A stretch of DNA of 54,912 nucleotides from Thermoplasmatota archaeon (GTDB lineage Archaea; Thermoplasmatota; Poseidoniia; Poseidoniales; Poseidoniaceae): contig JAYYDY010000031.1 in assembly GCA_036160375.1 (NCBI GenBank), forward strand, positions 1 through 54,912, in the 5' to 3' direction. A model generated the notes under the pieces. It had not been told where the DNA came from, ran no database searches, and saw nothing but the letters and a program-made list of their open reading frames with translations. The position numbers were made by a program, and so were the translations under genes. Of this stretch, positions 1-8,388 are shown one piece after another. Each line of letters begins with the position of its first letter. Within the stretch, counting starts at the first letter, position 1.

Positions 1-6
1 GATGAA

Positions 7-1206
7 TCACCCTTCAGTGGATTCCGTAGCGTCCGTTGTTTCGTCGAACATGAGGGCTTCCCGAGGCACGCCCAGCATGGCTTGGCGCAGCGAGGCGCGC
101 AGTTCGGTCAGTTCGCCGTAGCACACCAGGACGTCGTCGTAGCGAAGTTGGACATCATGGTCGGGGTTCCACACCAAGCGATCGCCACGCGAAAGCGCAA
201 AGACTGGGACGGAAGCAAACACCTCGTCCAACCGCTTGCCGACCATTTTCGGGTGGTTGCGGAGTTGCAAGGAGAGCACGCCCGAGCCGGGCACGGTGCG
301 CAGGAGTTGGCCGATGTCCACCTCAGCAAAGGCGGTGTCTTCCATCACGTAATCGACGATGGCGCCCGCCACGTTCACGCCGCTTGCCTTCTCGATGCCC
401 TCCAATCCGGGGGAGGAGTTCACTTCGAGCACGAGCGGGCCGTTGTTGCCCTCAAGCAGGTCCACGCCGGCGATGTTGAGTCCCAGCACACGGGCGGCTC
501 GGCAGGCAGCCTCAGCGTAGCCTTCGGGCAATTCGACGCTCTCCACCGTTCCGTTGAGGTGGAAGTTGCTTCGAAACTCCCGGCCGCGCGCCCGACGTCG
601 CATGCACGCCACGACCTTGTCGCCCACCACCAAGGCGCGGATGTCTTTGCCGTGAGATTCAGCAATGTACTCTTGCACGAGCACCGATTTTCCAGTCATC
701 AGCAAGCCCTGAACAAGGTTGCGAACTTCAAATGCCGTGTGGCGAAGGAACACACCGTCGCCTTGGGTGCCCTGGGTGACCTTGACCACCACGGGGAGGC
801 CACCAACGGTTTCGATGGCTTGTTCCACGTCGAGGATGTCCCTCACGTAGACGGTTTTTGGAACGGGGATTCGATTGCGCGCAAGGATCTGCGAAGCGTT
901 GAGTTTGTCCCGGCTTTGGAGGATGCCCTGGCCGGTGTTGGCGGTCCAGATGCCCAGCTGTTCGATGTGGCGCAGCACCGCCACGCCGTGCTGGGTGATG
1001 GAGTGGCCGATGCGGGGAATCACGGCGTCTTTGGCGAAGGCGCGACCTCGGTGAAGGACATCCACGCTGCCTTGGTTCACGACGAGTGAGAACTTCATCG
1101 GATCGCAGACTTCAACCTCCAAGCCGCGTTTTTTTGCCTCCTCGACGATGCGCCGCGTGCTGTAGAGGCGCGGGCCTCGGCTGAGAACGGCCAAACGGAG
1201 CCCCAT
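7..1206 (-). CDS. rimK: RimK-family ATP-grasp ligase (alpha-L-glutamate ligase-like) with C-terminal TrkA-C/RCK_C-like domain
   Basis: Track ORF 7..1386 trimmed to ATG 1206 (MGLRLAVLSRGPRLYSTRRIVEEAKKRG, typical RimK N-terminus). The upstream 60 codons are S/A/P low complexity and overlap the divergent gene. ATP-grasp body (GLPVVVKVTQGTQGDGVFL, VLVQEYI, IAGVDLLEGNNGPLVLEVNSSPGLEG) plus a ~90-aa tail like TrkA-C (GVLSLQLRNHPKMVGKRLDEV...DDVLVCYGELTEL). Confidence 0.85.
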   Translation of the reverse strand: MGLRLAVLSRGPRLYSTRRIVEEAKKRGLEVEVCDPMKFSLVVNQGSVDVLHRGRAFAKDAVIPRIGHSITQHGVAVLRHIEQLGIWTANTGQGILQSRDKLNASQILARNRIPVPKTVYVRDILDVEQAIETVGGLPVVVKVTQGTQGDGVFLRHTAFEVRNLVQGLLMTGKSVLVQEYIAESHGKDIRALVVGDKVVACMRRRARGREFRSNFHLNGTVESVELPEGYAEAACRAARVLGLNIAGVDLLEGNNGPLVLEVNSSPGLEGIEKASGVNVAGAIVDYVMEDTAFAEVDIGQLLRTVPGSGVLSLQLRNHPKMVGKRLDEVFASVPVFALSRGDRLVWNPDHDVQLRYDDVLVCYGELTELRASLRQAMLGVPREALMFDETTDATESTEG

Positions 1207-1306
1207 ACCGGGGCGCCCTGTGGCGTCGTTCTTCATTCCATCGGTTCCCATGATGGAGGGATTTCCGGTCCGCGGTCTTGAAGTGCTCGGCTGATATCGG
1301 GGTTTT

Positions 1307-2344
1307 ATGTCCGAAGAGGAACTTGATGCAGCCGGTGCGCTCGCTGTGGACGAGGACCAAGACGAATTGATGGAAGAGATGTCCATCGAGGAGCGGCAGG
1401 AGCGGCTGAAGAAGGCTCGCTGGAACGTGTTTCTCTACCTTGGTGTCGCCGCTATTCTGTTCGGTTTCGCCCTCTTCCCCATGCCGTTTTCCGCCGACTG
1501 GGACGAATTCAGCACCTCGGCTGAGAAGGACGTCGGTCTCGTGTGGGGCTTGCCCGTGGACGGGGAAGATTTGTTTGACGTGCCCATGCGGTTGACCGTG
1601 ACGGCGGACAACCCGCCCACACAGGCCGCCATCAACATCGCAGTGTACGTTATTGAGCAGGAGGACTGCACGGACTTCACCCTCAGCGAAAAGATGCAGG
1701 AAGCCAAGCAAGGAGACTCCCACGCCTACCAGTACCAGGAGGCTGACACGCGAGTGCTGGCCGACGGCACCTACGATTTCGAGTTCAACATCGACCCTGG
1801 CCACTACTGCCTCATCGCCGAATACATCGACGCCAACGGCGACAAAATCACCTCTTCAGGCAATGCGCTGAGCGTAGAAGGCAAACTCTACCCCAACCAA
1901 TTCCTCGGTGGTTTCCCTGGTCTGCTCTGCCTTGGCCTGTCTGCCTTTGCCTTCGTAGGCGCTCAAAAGCACGGCACTGCGCTCCGGAAGATCCTCGAAG
2001 GTGAAAACGAGACCACGGAATCCAAGGTGCTCTCCGAAGCCAGCAAGGCCCGCATTGCTGCCGGTCCCGGTGGTGCCCCGCCTGCAGGTCCTTCAGGTCC
2101 TCCCGGCGCTCCACCTGCGCAGCAGGCCGGACCGTCCGGTCCACCCGGTGCCCCACCCGCCGAAGCGCCTGTCGCTGAACCCGCGGCTGCGCCGGCCGCC
2201 GAACCAACCCCTGCCGCTGCGTCAGAAGGAACGTTTGAGCCCGCTGAAAACGGCTACTTCTTCAAGAAGTTCGCTGATGGCACCTACGACCAAACCGTGT
2301 ACGTTCAAAACGCCGAAGGCGCCTATGTGCCTCACGAAGGATGA
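1307..2344 (+). CDS. hypothetical two-pass membrane protein with acidic N-terminus and proline-rich repeat tail
   Basis: ATG at 1307. Acidic N-terminus, TM VFLYLGVAAILFGFALFPMPF, ~140-aa domain with 2 Cys, TM FLGGFPGLLCLGLSAFAFVGA, then a P/A-rich tail containing AGPSGPPGAPPA twice. Acidic composition contrasts with the Arg-rich competing frames. No family recognised. The start could instead be Met at 1370 or 1379. Confidence 0.6.
   Translation: MSEEELDAAGALAVDEDQDELMEEMSIEERQERLKKARWNVFLYLGVAAILFGFALFPMPFSADWDEFSTSAEKDVGLVWGLPVDGEDLFDVPMRLTVTADNPPTQAAINIAVYVIEQEDCTDFTLSEKMQEAKQGDSHAYQYQEADTRVLADGTYDFEFNIDPGHYCLIAEYIDANGDKITSSGNALSVEGKLYPNQFLGGFPGLLCLGLSAFAFVGAQKHGTALRKILEGENETTESKVLSEASKARIAAGPGGAPPAGPSGPPGAPPAQQAGPSGPPGAPPAEAPVAEPAAAPAAEPTPAAASEGTFEPAENGYFFKKFADGTYDQTVYVQNAEGAYVPHEG
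2084..2161 (+). repeat. in-frame duplicated 12-aa unit AGPSGPPGAPPA (2084-2119 and 2126-2161, separated by QQ)
   Basis: The two copies are identical as peptides but differ at synonymous positions (ggt cct tca ggt cct ccc ggc gct versus gga ccg tcc ggt cca ccc ggt gcc). The repeat is therefore conserved at protein level and is not a fresh slippage product. Confidence 0.8.
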
Positions 2345-2431
2345 AGTGAACGGCGGCGTCAGATTTTGATGCAAATGTGCTCCAAATCAACGCCACCCTT
2401 GAAAGGCACCGTGCCCACGGTTTGTTGAGGT

Positions 2432-4699
2432 ATGACCATGGGAGAGGAGCCAACCACCACGTTAACGGTGGCGAAACTCAAGGCCCTTTGCGTCCTCAAC
2501 GATGTTTCTGCGAGCGGAAAAAAGGCCGAGCTCCTCGCTCGCCTGCTCGAAGCGGGCGTTGACAAAGAAACGCTCGGCATCGAAGTCTACGATGAAACGA
2601 CCGCCACGTTCCAGCCCGCCGCCGCCGAGGATGAAACGGCGACTGAGAAACCGAACGACGAGAGCGACGAAGCCGACGCCGAAGCAGCATCGGATGCGGA
2701 GTTTGAAGCCGACGATGAGCCAAACGAAGCGGCCGAAGTCGATGAACCGGTCATGCTTTCCCTTGAGGACGAGGAAACGCTGTCCGTCCCGCTGCCCGAG
2801 GCCGAGGTGAGCGAAGACGAGGTGTTGGAAGCCGAAATTCTCGAGGCTGACTTGATCGACGACGTGGAGATTTCGCTTGAAGATGAGGCGGAGACGGTTC
2901 CGCTCCCAGCGGCCACCAGCACCTCGACGCCGCTGCCGAAATCCAGCACCGACACCTCACCCCTGACGCTCATGGAGATGGTGCGCCGCCCGCAAGCCAT
3001 CGCCGTCATGCTGACGTTGGTCTTGCTCGGTGCCGGCGGATGGTATTACGTGAACAACCAACTCGAACCCTTCACCGCCGATTCCCTTCGCTACGGCGAC
3101 CGGATGGGCTACGTGATCACCGAGGGAAGTTTCCTCGCTTCTGAGGAGTACGTTGAACTGGTCACCAACCAACTTGAGGACCCGCCCAACTATTGCAAAA
3201 TTCGACTGTCCTTCCAGGGGGAAAGCACGGCGTCGGTCACCGAAGGCACGGGCGTGGAGTTGAACACCCAGTCGTCCGACGATCGCTTGGGTGCCGTTAG
3301 CATTCGCGGCGGACAAGGCCTCTCGTGGTTGGCGGTGGAGAGCGTAAACGACATGTCGTTCTCGCAATTCGATGTCTCGGGCCACTACCCCATCGCTTCC
3401 AAGTGCTCGGATTTCACCACCGACACAACCACCGGACAGGCCGACCTCAAACTCACCACCTGGAAGGAACTCCGGGAACAAGTGGTGCTCGCCACCGAAT
3501 TGGAATTCGCCGCTACCTTGTCGGCCACGGCATACGAAGGGACGGCGTTCACCTACGGCGTGGGCGGCCTCCTGGGCGATTTGGAGGAACTTTCTCCCGG
3601 CTTGGGCATGGTCATCGCTCCGATTGAACTGGCCGACTTCTTCGGCAACGCCTACATCACCAAGGACGCCACCGGCACGAGTTCAGGTTGGGAGTGGCGC
3701 GTGACAGGTTCAGAGAAAATCGGCTCCACCAACATGTGGAAGGTGACGGCCAGCCACCGCGATGTGCGGGATTTCTGTTTGGGCTATGCGACGATGACCA
3801 TGTGGCTCGATGCCGACAGTCCGTGGGCCGCTCGCCAAACCGTGGACGTCGCCATCAGCAGCAGCGAAGCCTCGCAAACCAGCTGTTCAGCCTGGCAGCA
3901 ACGCGGCATCGATGCGGTCTTGCCCGAGGGCGAACTCGAATTGCACCACACCTTTGAGCGAACCACCTTGTCTCGCGGGATCAAAGCCATTGAACTTGGC
4001 AAAACCTACGACAACCGACCCCAAGCCAACGACCTCAACCCGGACAGTGACGAATTGGTGGATTGGGGCGTGGACGCCACGCACCTCCCCGACAACTCCA
4101 CTCAGCGGGCGCATCCGCTCGACCAAGCCATGGCCTGCATCGATGAGTTCAGCGGTGTGGCTTCCGGAGCGGTGACAGCGCTGGAAAACGACGGCTACGT
4201 CTGGCGAGCCGTGAACGAGCAAAACGGAACGGCGACCGAATGGAACCTCTCTTGGGTGGATTCAGACACCACCGCCGGCTGGCTGAAGTTTGCCGTGTCG
4301 GGCGAGGAGGGTGCGCCCACTTGCGAGTTCATCGCGAAAGGCACCTTTGATGACTCCATCACGCACAACCGAGATTCGATTCCAAAGGCGCTGCCGCTTC
4401 ACGATGTTGAAGCCCGGCTGATGGACGACCAACGCTTCCCTGCGCTGACCGGTCCCAATGCCCTGTTCACCGGGAGTGGCCTGCACGACACCACCCGCGT
4501 GGGCTACCTCGTGGTGGTGCCCGGCACGGGCTTTGGCATTGATTTCAGCGACCTGCTCGACACCTCGGGCGCCACCACGGTGGACCTCCAACGCCAGTGG
4601 GAGGACGGCGGGAAAGACCGGAGCTTCTCCTTGCTCGCTGACGGAACCGACGGGCGCTTGATCGGCTGGACCAGCCTTTCGGTTGAGGAGTTGGCCTGA
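2432..4699 (+). CDS. single-pass membrane protein: N-terminal SAP (HeH-type) motif, polyacidic linker, TM, ~550-aa outside domain of unknown family
   Basis: ATG at 2432. Residues 11-41 (LTVAKLKALCVLNDVSASGKKAELLARLLEA) fit the SAP two-helix consensus. Residues ~55-160 are D/E-rich. An RR-flanked TM follows (AIAVMLTLVLLGAGGWYYV, aa 189-207), then a large Cys-containing C-terminal domain. Its stop overlaps the next start. Confidence 0.8.
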   Translation: MTMGEEPTTTLTVAKLKALCVLNDVSASGKKAELLARLLEAGVDKETLGIEVYDETTATFQPAAAEDETATEKPNDESDEADAEAASDAEFEADDEPNEAAEVDEPVMLSLEDEETLSVPLPEAEVSEDEVLEAEILEADLIDDVEISLEDEAETVPLPAATSTSTPLPKSSTDTSPLTLMEMVRRPQAIAVMLTLVLLGAGGWYYVNNQLEPFTADSLRYGDRMGYVITEGSFLASEEYVELVTNQLEDPPNYCKIRLSFQGESTASVTEGTGVELNTQSSDDRLGAVSIRGGQGLSWLAVESVNDMSFSQFDVSGHYPIASKCSDFTTDTTTGQADLKLTTWKELREQVVLATELEFAATLSATAYEGTAFTYGVGGLLGDLEELSPGLGMVIAPIELADFFGNAYITKDATGTSSGWEWRVTGSEKIGSTNMWKVTASHRDVRDFCLGYATMTMWLDADSPWAARQTVDVAISSSEASQTSCSAWQQRGIDAVLPEGELELHHTFERTTLSRGIKAIELGKTYDNRPQANDLNPDSDELVDWGVDATHLPDNSTQRAHPLDQAMACIDEFSGVASGAVTALENDGYVWRAVNEQNGTATEWNLSWVDSDTTAGWLKFAVSGEEGAPTCEFIAKGTFDDSITHNRDSIPKALPLHDVEARLMDDQRFPALTGPNALFTGSGLHDTTRVGYLVVVPGTGFGIDFSDLLDTSGATTVDLQRQWEDGGKDRSFSLLADGTDGRLIGWTSLSVEELA

Positions 4700-5100
4700 T
4701 GAGCACCGACGGCCGTGGGCTCGACCATTTGATGGAACAAAACGACACGGAGTTGGATTTTCTCGCCGCGTACGGCGGTGTTGACGACGGCCAGAAAGGC
4801 GACGGCGCCGCCCTTCTGTCGGCGCTTCATCGCTTTGTGAAAGCGGGCGGCCTCACGTGCATCCTTGAAGGAGCGACGCTCACCTTCGACGGCGGCCAAG
4901 CCGTCGCTGAAGACCACGGTTGTCGCCTGACCATGACGGGTGAACACTTGCCGCTGGTCGCCAGCGATTTGACAGGACCGGGGTTTGCCGAAGGAGACCT
5001 GAATGCGGACCGGACCAGCGTGAGCACGCTGCTCACGGCGTGGACGGTCGAGCAGCGTCGCTTTGTTGAACGCTTGGTGGAACACCGTTTACACGGCTAA
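4699..5100 (+). CDS. hypothetical acidic cytoplasmic protein, translationally coupled to the SAP-motif gene
   Basis: ATG 4699-4701 shares its A with the upstream TGA 4697-4699 (tgatg). The 133-aa product is acidic. The competing 193-aa minus-strand ORF (4504..5085) is Arg-rich and looks like an antisense artefact. No family recognised. Confidence 0.5.
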   Translation: MSTDGRGLDHLMEQNDTELDFLAAYGGVDDGQKGDGAALLSALHRFVKAGGLTCILEGATLTFDGGQAVAEDHGCRLTMTGEHLPLVASDLTGPGFAEGDLNADRTSVSTLLTAWTVEQRRFVERLVEHRLHG

Positions 5101-5688
5101 TCACGAGCGGCGAGCCGCCATCACGGCCGCTCCAGTCAGGGCCATGACCGCCACAGCCATGCCAGCACTTGGCAGGAAGCCTTCGGATTCCTCGCCAGCA
5201 GCCGGGACGTCACAGCCATCACCGTCGGCGTGAATGCCACCGTAGGAACCGTCATCGTAGTAGCAGGTGGACCAGGTCTTGTACCAGTCGCCCTGCGGGA
5301 AGTTTTCGGTGGAATCATCGCTGTACGTCGCCTTGATTCGCCAGTTGACGTAGGAGTGATCGGCCGGCGGTTTGAGCTCCATCGAGTAGGTGCTGCCGTC
5401 GTCGCTCACGGTGACCTCTTGGGGCGTGGGCGGATCACAGACGCCGTTGTTCAGGCAAATCTGCGTGGTGATGGCGAGGGTTGTTCCGTTGTCAAGGGCT
5501 TCCTGGTCGAGGATGACCGAGAGGGCCCAAGGTTGGTTGTCCTGAGACGGCGTGGTGCGTTCCTCAACCGAGAACGGGACCTCGCCGTCCGGGTTGACGT
5601 CCTCGCCCCCGGTTGCAGTGCCTGCTTGGGCAACGGTCGTCATCATTAGCAACCCAACAACCACGAGGAGGGTCATGCTCCGCTTCAT
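5101..5688 (-). CDS. secreted/anchored acidic Cys-containing protein with PGF-CTERM-like C-terminal anchor
   Basis: Track ORF trimmed to ATG 5688 (MKRSMTLLVVVGLLMMTTVAQAG, signal-peptide-like). Four Cys. The C-terminus EGFLPSAGMAVAVMALTGAAVMAARRS is a hydrophobic helix plus RR, like archaeal tripartite sorting signals. Confidence 0.65.
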   Translation of the reverse strand: MKRSMTLLVVVGLLMMTTVAQAGTATGGEDVNPDGEVPFSVEERTTPSQDNQPWALSVILDQEALDNGTTLAITTQICLNNGVCDPPTPQEVTVSDDGSTYSMELKPPADHSYVNWRIKATYSDDSTENFPQGDWYKTWSTCYYDDGSYGGIHADGDGCDVPAAGEESEGFLPSAGMAVAVMALTGAAVMAARRS

Positions 5689-5726
5689 GAAGAGAACAGG
5701 GCGCGGCTCCCTTATTTGGGTTCCTT

Positions 5727-6233
5727 TCATTCCATGTCCCATAATTCATCACCCACCCAGTGGACCGTTTTGATGCCCTTGCCCTTGGTGCTCTCCACCA
5801 TGGTTTCTCCGTCGTCCACCGCCCACCCGAGCGCCAACGGCCGCTTGTGGGTCATGTCTCGAATCCAGACGAGGTCGCCTGCTTGGACGGAGGCTTCAGC
5901 GCCGTGAACGCCAGCGACCATGCAGTCCGCTCCGTTCATCAAAAACGGGATGGCACCGTGGTCAACTTCCACCCATTTGAGGGCGTCCATGTGTTCCAAG
6001 AACCCGCGCAGGGTCAAGAACACGCAACGCTCGTTCTCCTCGTCAAGGAGTTCGATCACCAGCGGCGTTCGGTCAACGAACACCATGGTCCACGGGCCGT
6101 ATTCGGCCATTTCGAGAAAGGCGCCGTCCACGTTGAGGTCGATGGCAAGGTCGCTCTCCAAACGCTTGAGCAACGGAGCGATGTGTTTCCTTCGGACAGG
6201 TCGTCGCTTGCGCACGCTCCATTCGGTGGCCAT
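5727..6233 (-). CDS. PUA-domain RNA-binding protein (archaeal pre-PUA/PUA, MCT-1/Tma20-like)
   Basis: Track ORF 5727..6680 trimmed to ATG 6233 (168 aa). PUA-like C-terminal half (VEVDHGAIPFLMNGADCMVAGV...GDLVWIRD...RPLALGWA). The rest of the track ORF is antisense to the FAH gene. Confidence 0.75.
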   Translation of the reverse strand: MATEWSVRKRRPVRRKHIAPLLKRLESDLAIDLNVDGAFLEMAEYGPWTMVFVDRTPLVIELLDEENERCVFLTLRGFLEHMDALKWVEVDHGAIPFLMNGADCMVAGVHGAEASVQAGDLVWIRDMTHKRPLALGWAVDDGETMVESTKGKGIKTVHWVGDELWDME

Positions 6234-6308
6234 GTTTCCGGGGAGGGCGAGGAGGCTATCATCCTTGGGCATCGCGGCATTGATGAAGGGTTGGAACCTC
6301 CACGAATC

Positions 6309-6917
6309 ATGGCCATGTGGTGCACCATCCGAACCTTTGCCAAGCACGCCGTTGAACTCGGCAACGAACCGGTGGTGGAACCGATTTTTTTCGTGAAGCC
6401 AAACGGCTGCCTTCACGGGGACGGCCCGTTGCCCGTCTCCGCTCACCCGGGCGAGGTTCATCATGAGGTGGAATGCGTGGTCCGACTCAACGACGCCATG
6501 GAACCTGAGGCAGTGGCGGTTGGCCTCGATTTGACCGATCGCGCCACGCAAAGCGCCCTTCGCGCCGACCAACTGCCTTGGGCCAAAGGGAAGTGTTTCC
6601 GTTCCAGCGCCGTGGTCGGTCCGTGGTCGCCATGGTCGGGGACATGGGACGATTTGGTGTCCTCCATCCACGGGCTCCATCTGTCCCTCTCGGTGAACGG
6701 TGAGCAGCGTCAGTCAAGCCCGCTTTCGGAGATGTCGGTCACGCCACGCCAACAGGTCGACGCCTTGCTCACGTGGGCTCCCGTCGACGGTGGCGATGTG
6801 CTGTTCACCGGCACGCCGCAAGGCGTTGGACAACTTCATCCCGGGGACCACGTTGTGGCAACGCTCACAGGTCCGGACGGCGTTGAACGGTCGTCCATTG
6901 ACCTGCGCTGTACGTGA
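6309..6917 (+). CDS. fumarylacetoacetate hydrolase (FAH) family protein
   Basis: Track ORF 5760..6917 trimmed to ATG 6309. MAMWCTIRTFAKHAVELGNEPVVEPIFFVKP matches the FAH-family N-terminal core, and the C-terminal GDVLFTGTPQGVGQLHPGD is the typical family motif. 202 aa. Confidence 0.8.
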   Translation: MAMWCTIRTFAKHAVELGNEPVVEPIFFVKPNGCLHGDGPLPVSAHPGEVHHEVECVVRLNDAMEPEAVAVGLDLTDRATQSALRADQLPWAKGKCFRSSAVVGPWSPWSGTWDDLVSSIHGLHLSLSVNGEQRQSSPLSEMSVTPRQQVDALLTWAPVDGGDVLFTGTPQGVGQLHPGDHVVATLTGPDGVERSSIDLRCT

Positions 6918-6924
6918 GGGTTGC

Positions 6925-6934
6925 TTTCATATAG
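6925..6934 (+). promoter_or_regulatory. TATA-like box (tttcatatag) for rps8e, with Shine-Dalgarno aggagg at 6958-6963
   Basis: Only A/T-rich element in the 53-nt spacer. It is centred ~41 nt upstream of ATG 6971. AGGAGG lies 7 nt before the ATG. Confidence 0.45.
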
Positions 6935-6970
6935 CCCGTGCCGGTGGGTGGCGACGCAGGAGGCATCCCT

Positions 6971-7351
6971 ATGGCTCAATGGCACGGAATTTCACGACGC
7001 AAACCATCCGGTGGACGAAAGGTTCAGGCACGCGGCAAGCGAGCCACTGAAATCTCCACGGAGAAGCAATTCGCCCTCGTTGGCGAGCCCAAGCGCAAGA
7101 TCTACCGCAAGACCGGTGGCAACACCATGGTCCGCGTGATGGCCGCCAACCAGGTCAGCATCAACAACCCCAAGACCGGCAAGACCACCTTGGGTTCCAT
7201 CCACAGCGTGGTCGAGAACGCCTCGGACCCCAACTACGTTCGTCGAAACATCCTCGTCAAGGGTGCCGTTATCGAGACCGACCAAGGTCGTGTTCGCATC
7301 ACGTCCCGCCCTGGAAAAGACGGTGTCATCAACGGCGTTCTGCTCGAGTGA
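6971..7351 (+). CDS. rps8e: 30S ribosomal protein S8e
   Basis: Trimmed to ATG 6971: MAQWHGISRRKPSGGRKVQARGKR is the S8e signature N-terminus. 126 aa. Confidence 0.93.
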   Translation: MAQWHGISRRKPSGGRKVQARGKRATEISTEKQFALVGEPKRKIYRKTGGNTMVRVMAANQVSINNPKTGKTTLGSIHSVVENASDPNYVRRNILVKGAVIETDQGRVRITSRPGKDGVINGVLLE

Positions 7352-7405
7352 AGTCGAGCGACGGCTTGAAGAAAGCACGTCGTCACCAGCCCATGAGGCG
7401 AGACC

Positions 7406-7849
7406 ATGGACCACAACCCCGACCGACTGTGCGTTTGGCCGGGCTACTTTGACATGAAGCGTTCTCGCCGTGCAGGTCGCCGTGTCCCGAAGGACGCCTC
7501 GGTGCTCAAGCCCGACCTTGAGGGCCTGTTCAACGCTGCACGAGCGGTGGGTTTGAGGAAGATCAAGCGTGAGGAACACACCTCTCATCCACGTCGACCC
7601 CACGGTCGCGAGGGTCGTTTGTGGGTGTCGTCCTCCGGAGCGAAGGAAGCCATCGGTGCGGGCAGCAAGGAAGAGTTGCTCCAACTCATTGGCGGTCAAT
7701 GGCGCGAGATGCAGCGCAACCAGCGTCAAGCCGTGGCCCAAGAAACCGCTCGGGGTCCAAAAACCGGCGATCGCCGTGCTCGTTCCCAACGCAAAAACAC
7801 GCAACAGCGAAGCAATTTCAAGAAGCGCAAGAGCTTCAAAAATCGCTGA
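7406..7849 (+). CDS. srp19: signal recognition particle protein SRP19
   Basis: LCVWPGYFDMKRSRRAGRRVPKD matches the SRP19 core (WP.Y.D...sR..GRrv). Basic C-terminal tail. Sits directly downstream of rps8e. Confidence 0.85.
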   Translation: MDHNPDRLCVWPGYFDMKRSRRAGRRVPKDASVLKPDLEGLFNAARAVGLRKIKREEHTSHPRRPHGREGRLWVSSSGAKEAIGAGSKEELLQLIGGQWREMQRNQRQAVAQETARGPKTGDRRARSQRKNTQQRSNFKKRKSFKNR

Positions 7850-7893
7850 TTGTCAAAACAGAAATTGATAACCTTTGAGGGTCATTTCTGAAC

Positions 7894-8388
7894 ATGCGTT
7901 CACTTCTCGTGCTGTCCGTGTTCCTGCTGTGCACCAGCGGACTTCAGGGTGACCTGATGGCCCAAGAAGACGATCCAGAGACGGTGGTCATCACGGTCGA
8001 CAGCACCAACCTGCGCTTTTCACCGTCATCGGTGACCATCGCTGAGGGCGACACGGTCCGTTTCTTCTGGAGCGGCCAAGCCCTGCCGCACAACGCTGTC
8101 GAAAACAACGGCGTGTTCGACTCGGGCGAACCCGCTCGAGCCGTCGACTACAGTTTCACCTTTGAGCGCGGCATGAACGGCACGTATGACTTCGTGTGTG
8201 AACCGCACGCTTCGGTGGGTATGGTCGGTCAAATCGTGGTCGAGCCTGCTCCGCCATTGAACGAGACCAACGCCACGGCGGAGGAGCCGCCAATGTCCGA
8301 GGACACCCCCGCTGTCACGGCGTTGGCGACGGCCAGTATGCTCAGTCTCGCTTGGGTCGCAGTTCAGCGACGTCAAGGCAACGGGTGA
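7894..8388 (+). CDS. plastocyanin/halocyanin-like type-1 blue copper protein, membrane anchored
   Basis: Signal peptide MRSLLVLSVFLLCTSG. Cupredoxin ligand pattern (ALPHNAV ... FVCEPHASVGM). C-terminal TM (VTALATASMLSLAWVAV) followed by QRRQ. Confidence 0.85.
   Translation: MRSLLVLSVFLLCTSGLQGDLMAQEDDPETVVITVDSTNLRFSPSSVTIAEGDTVRFFWSGQALPHNAVENNGVFDSGEPARAVDYSFTFERGMNGTYDFVCEPHASVGMVGQIVVEPAPPLNETNATAEEPPMSEDTPAVTALATASMLSLAWVAVQRRQGNG

Noticed and set aside
7-1386. N-terminal extensions in the ORF track for several genes (RimK 7-1386, PolB from 9423, presenilin-like from 29407, RND from 39825, PKD protein from 12161, FAH from 5760, PUA from 6680).
   Set aside because: The extensions are low-complexity or Arg-rich. 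They overlap neighbouring genes or promoters and precede Met residues that align with canonical family N-termini. Internal starts were therefore preferred; the remaining uncertainty is stated in each feature.
8373-8388. A 16-nt convergent overlap between the cupredoxin gene and ilvE, as a possible antisense regulatory arrangement.
   Set aside because: Short 3'-3' overlaps are common in compact archaeal genomes. No structure or motif is visible in the overlap.
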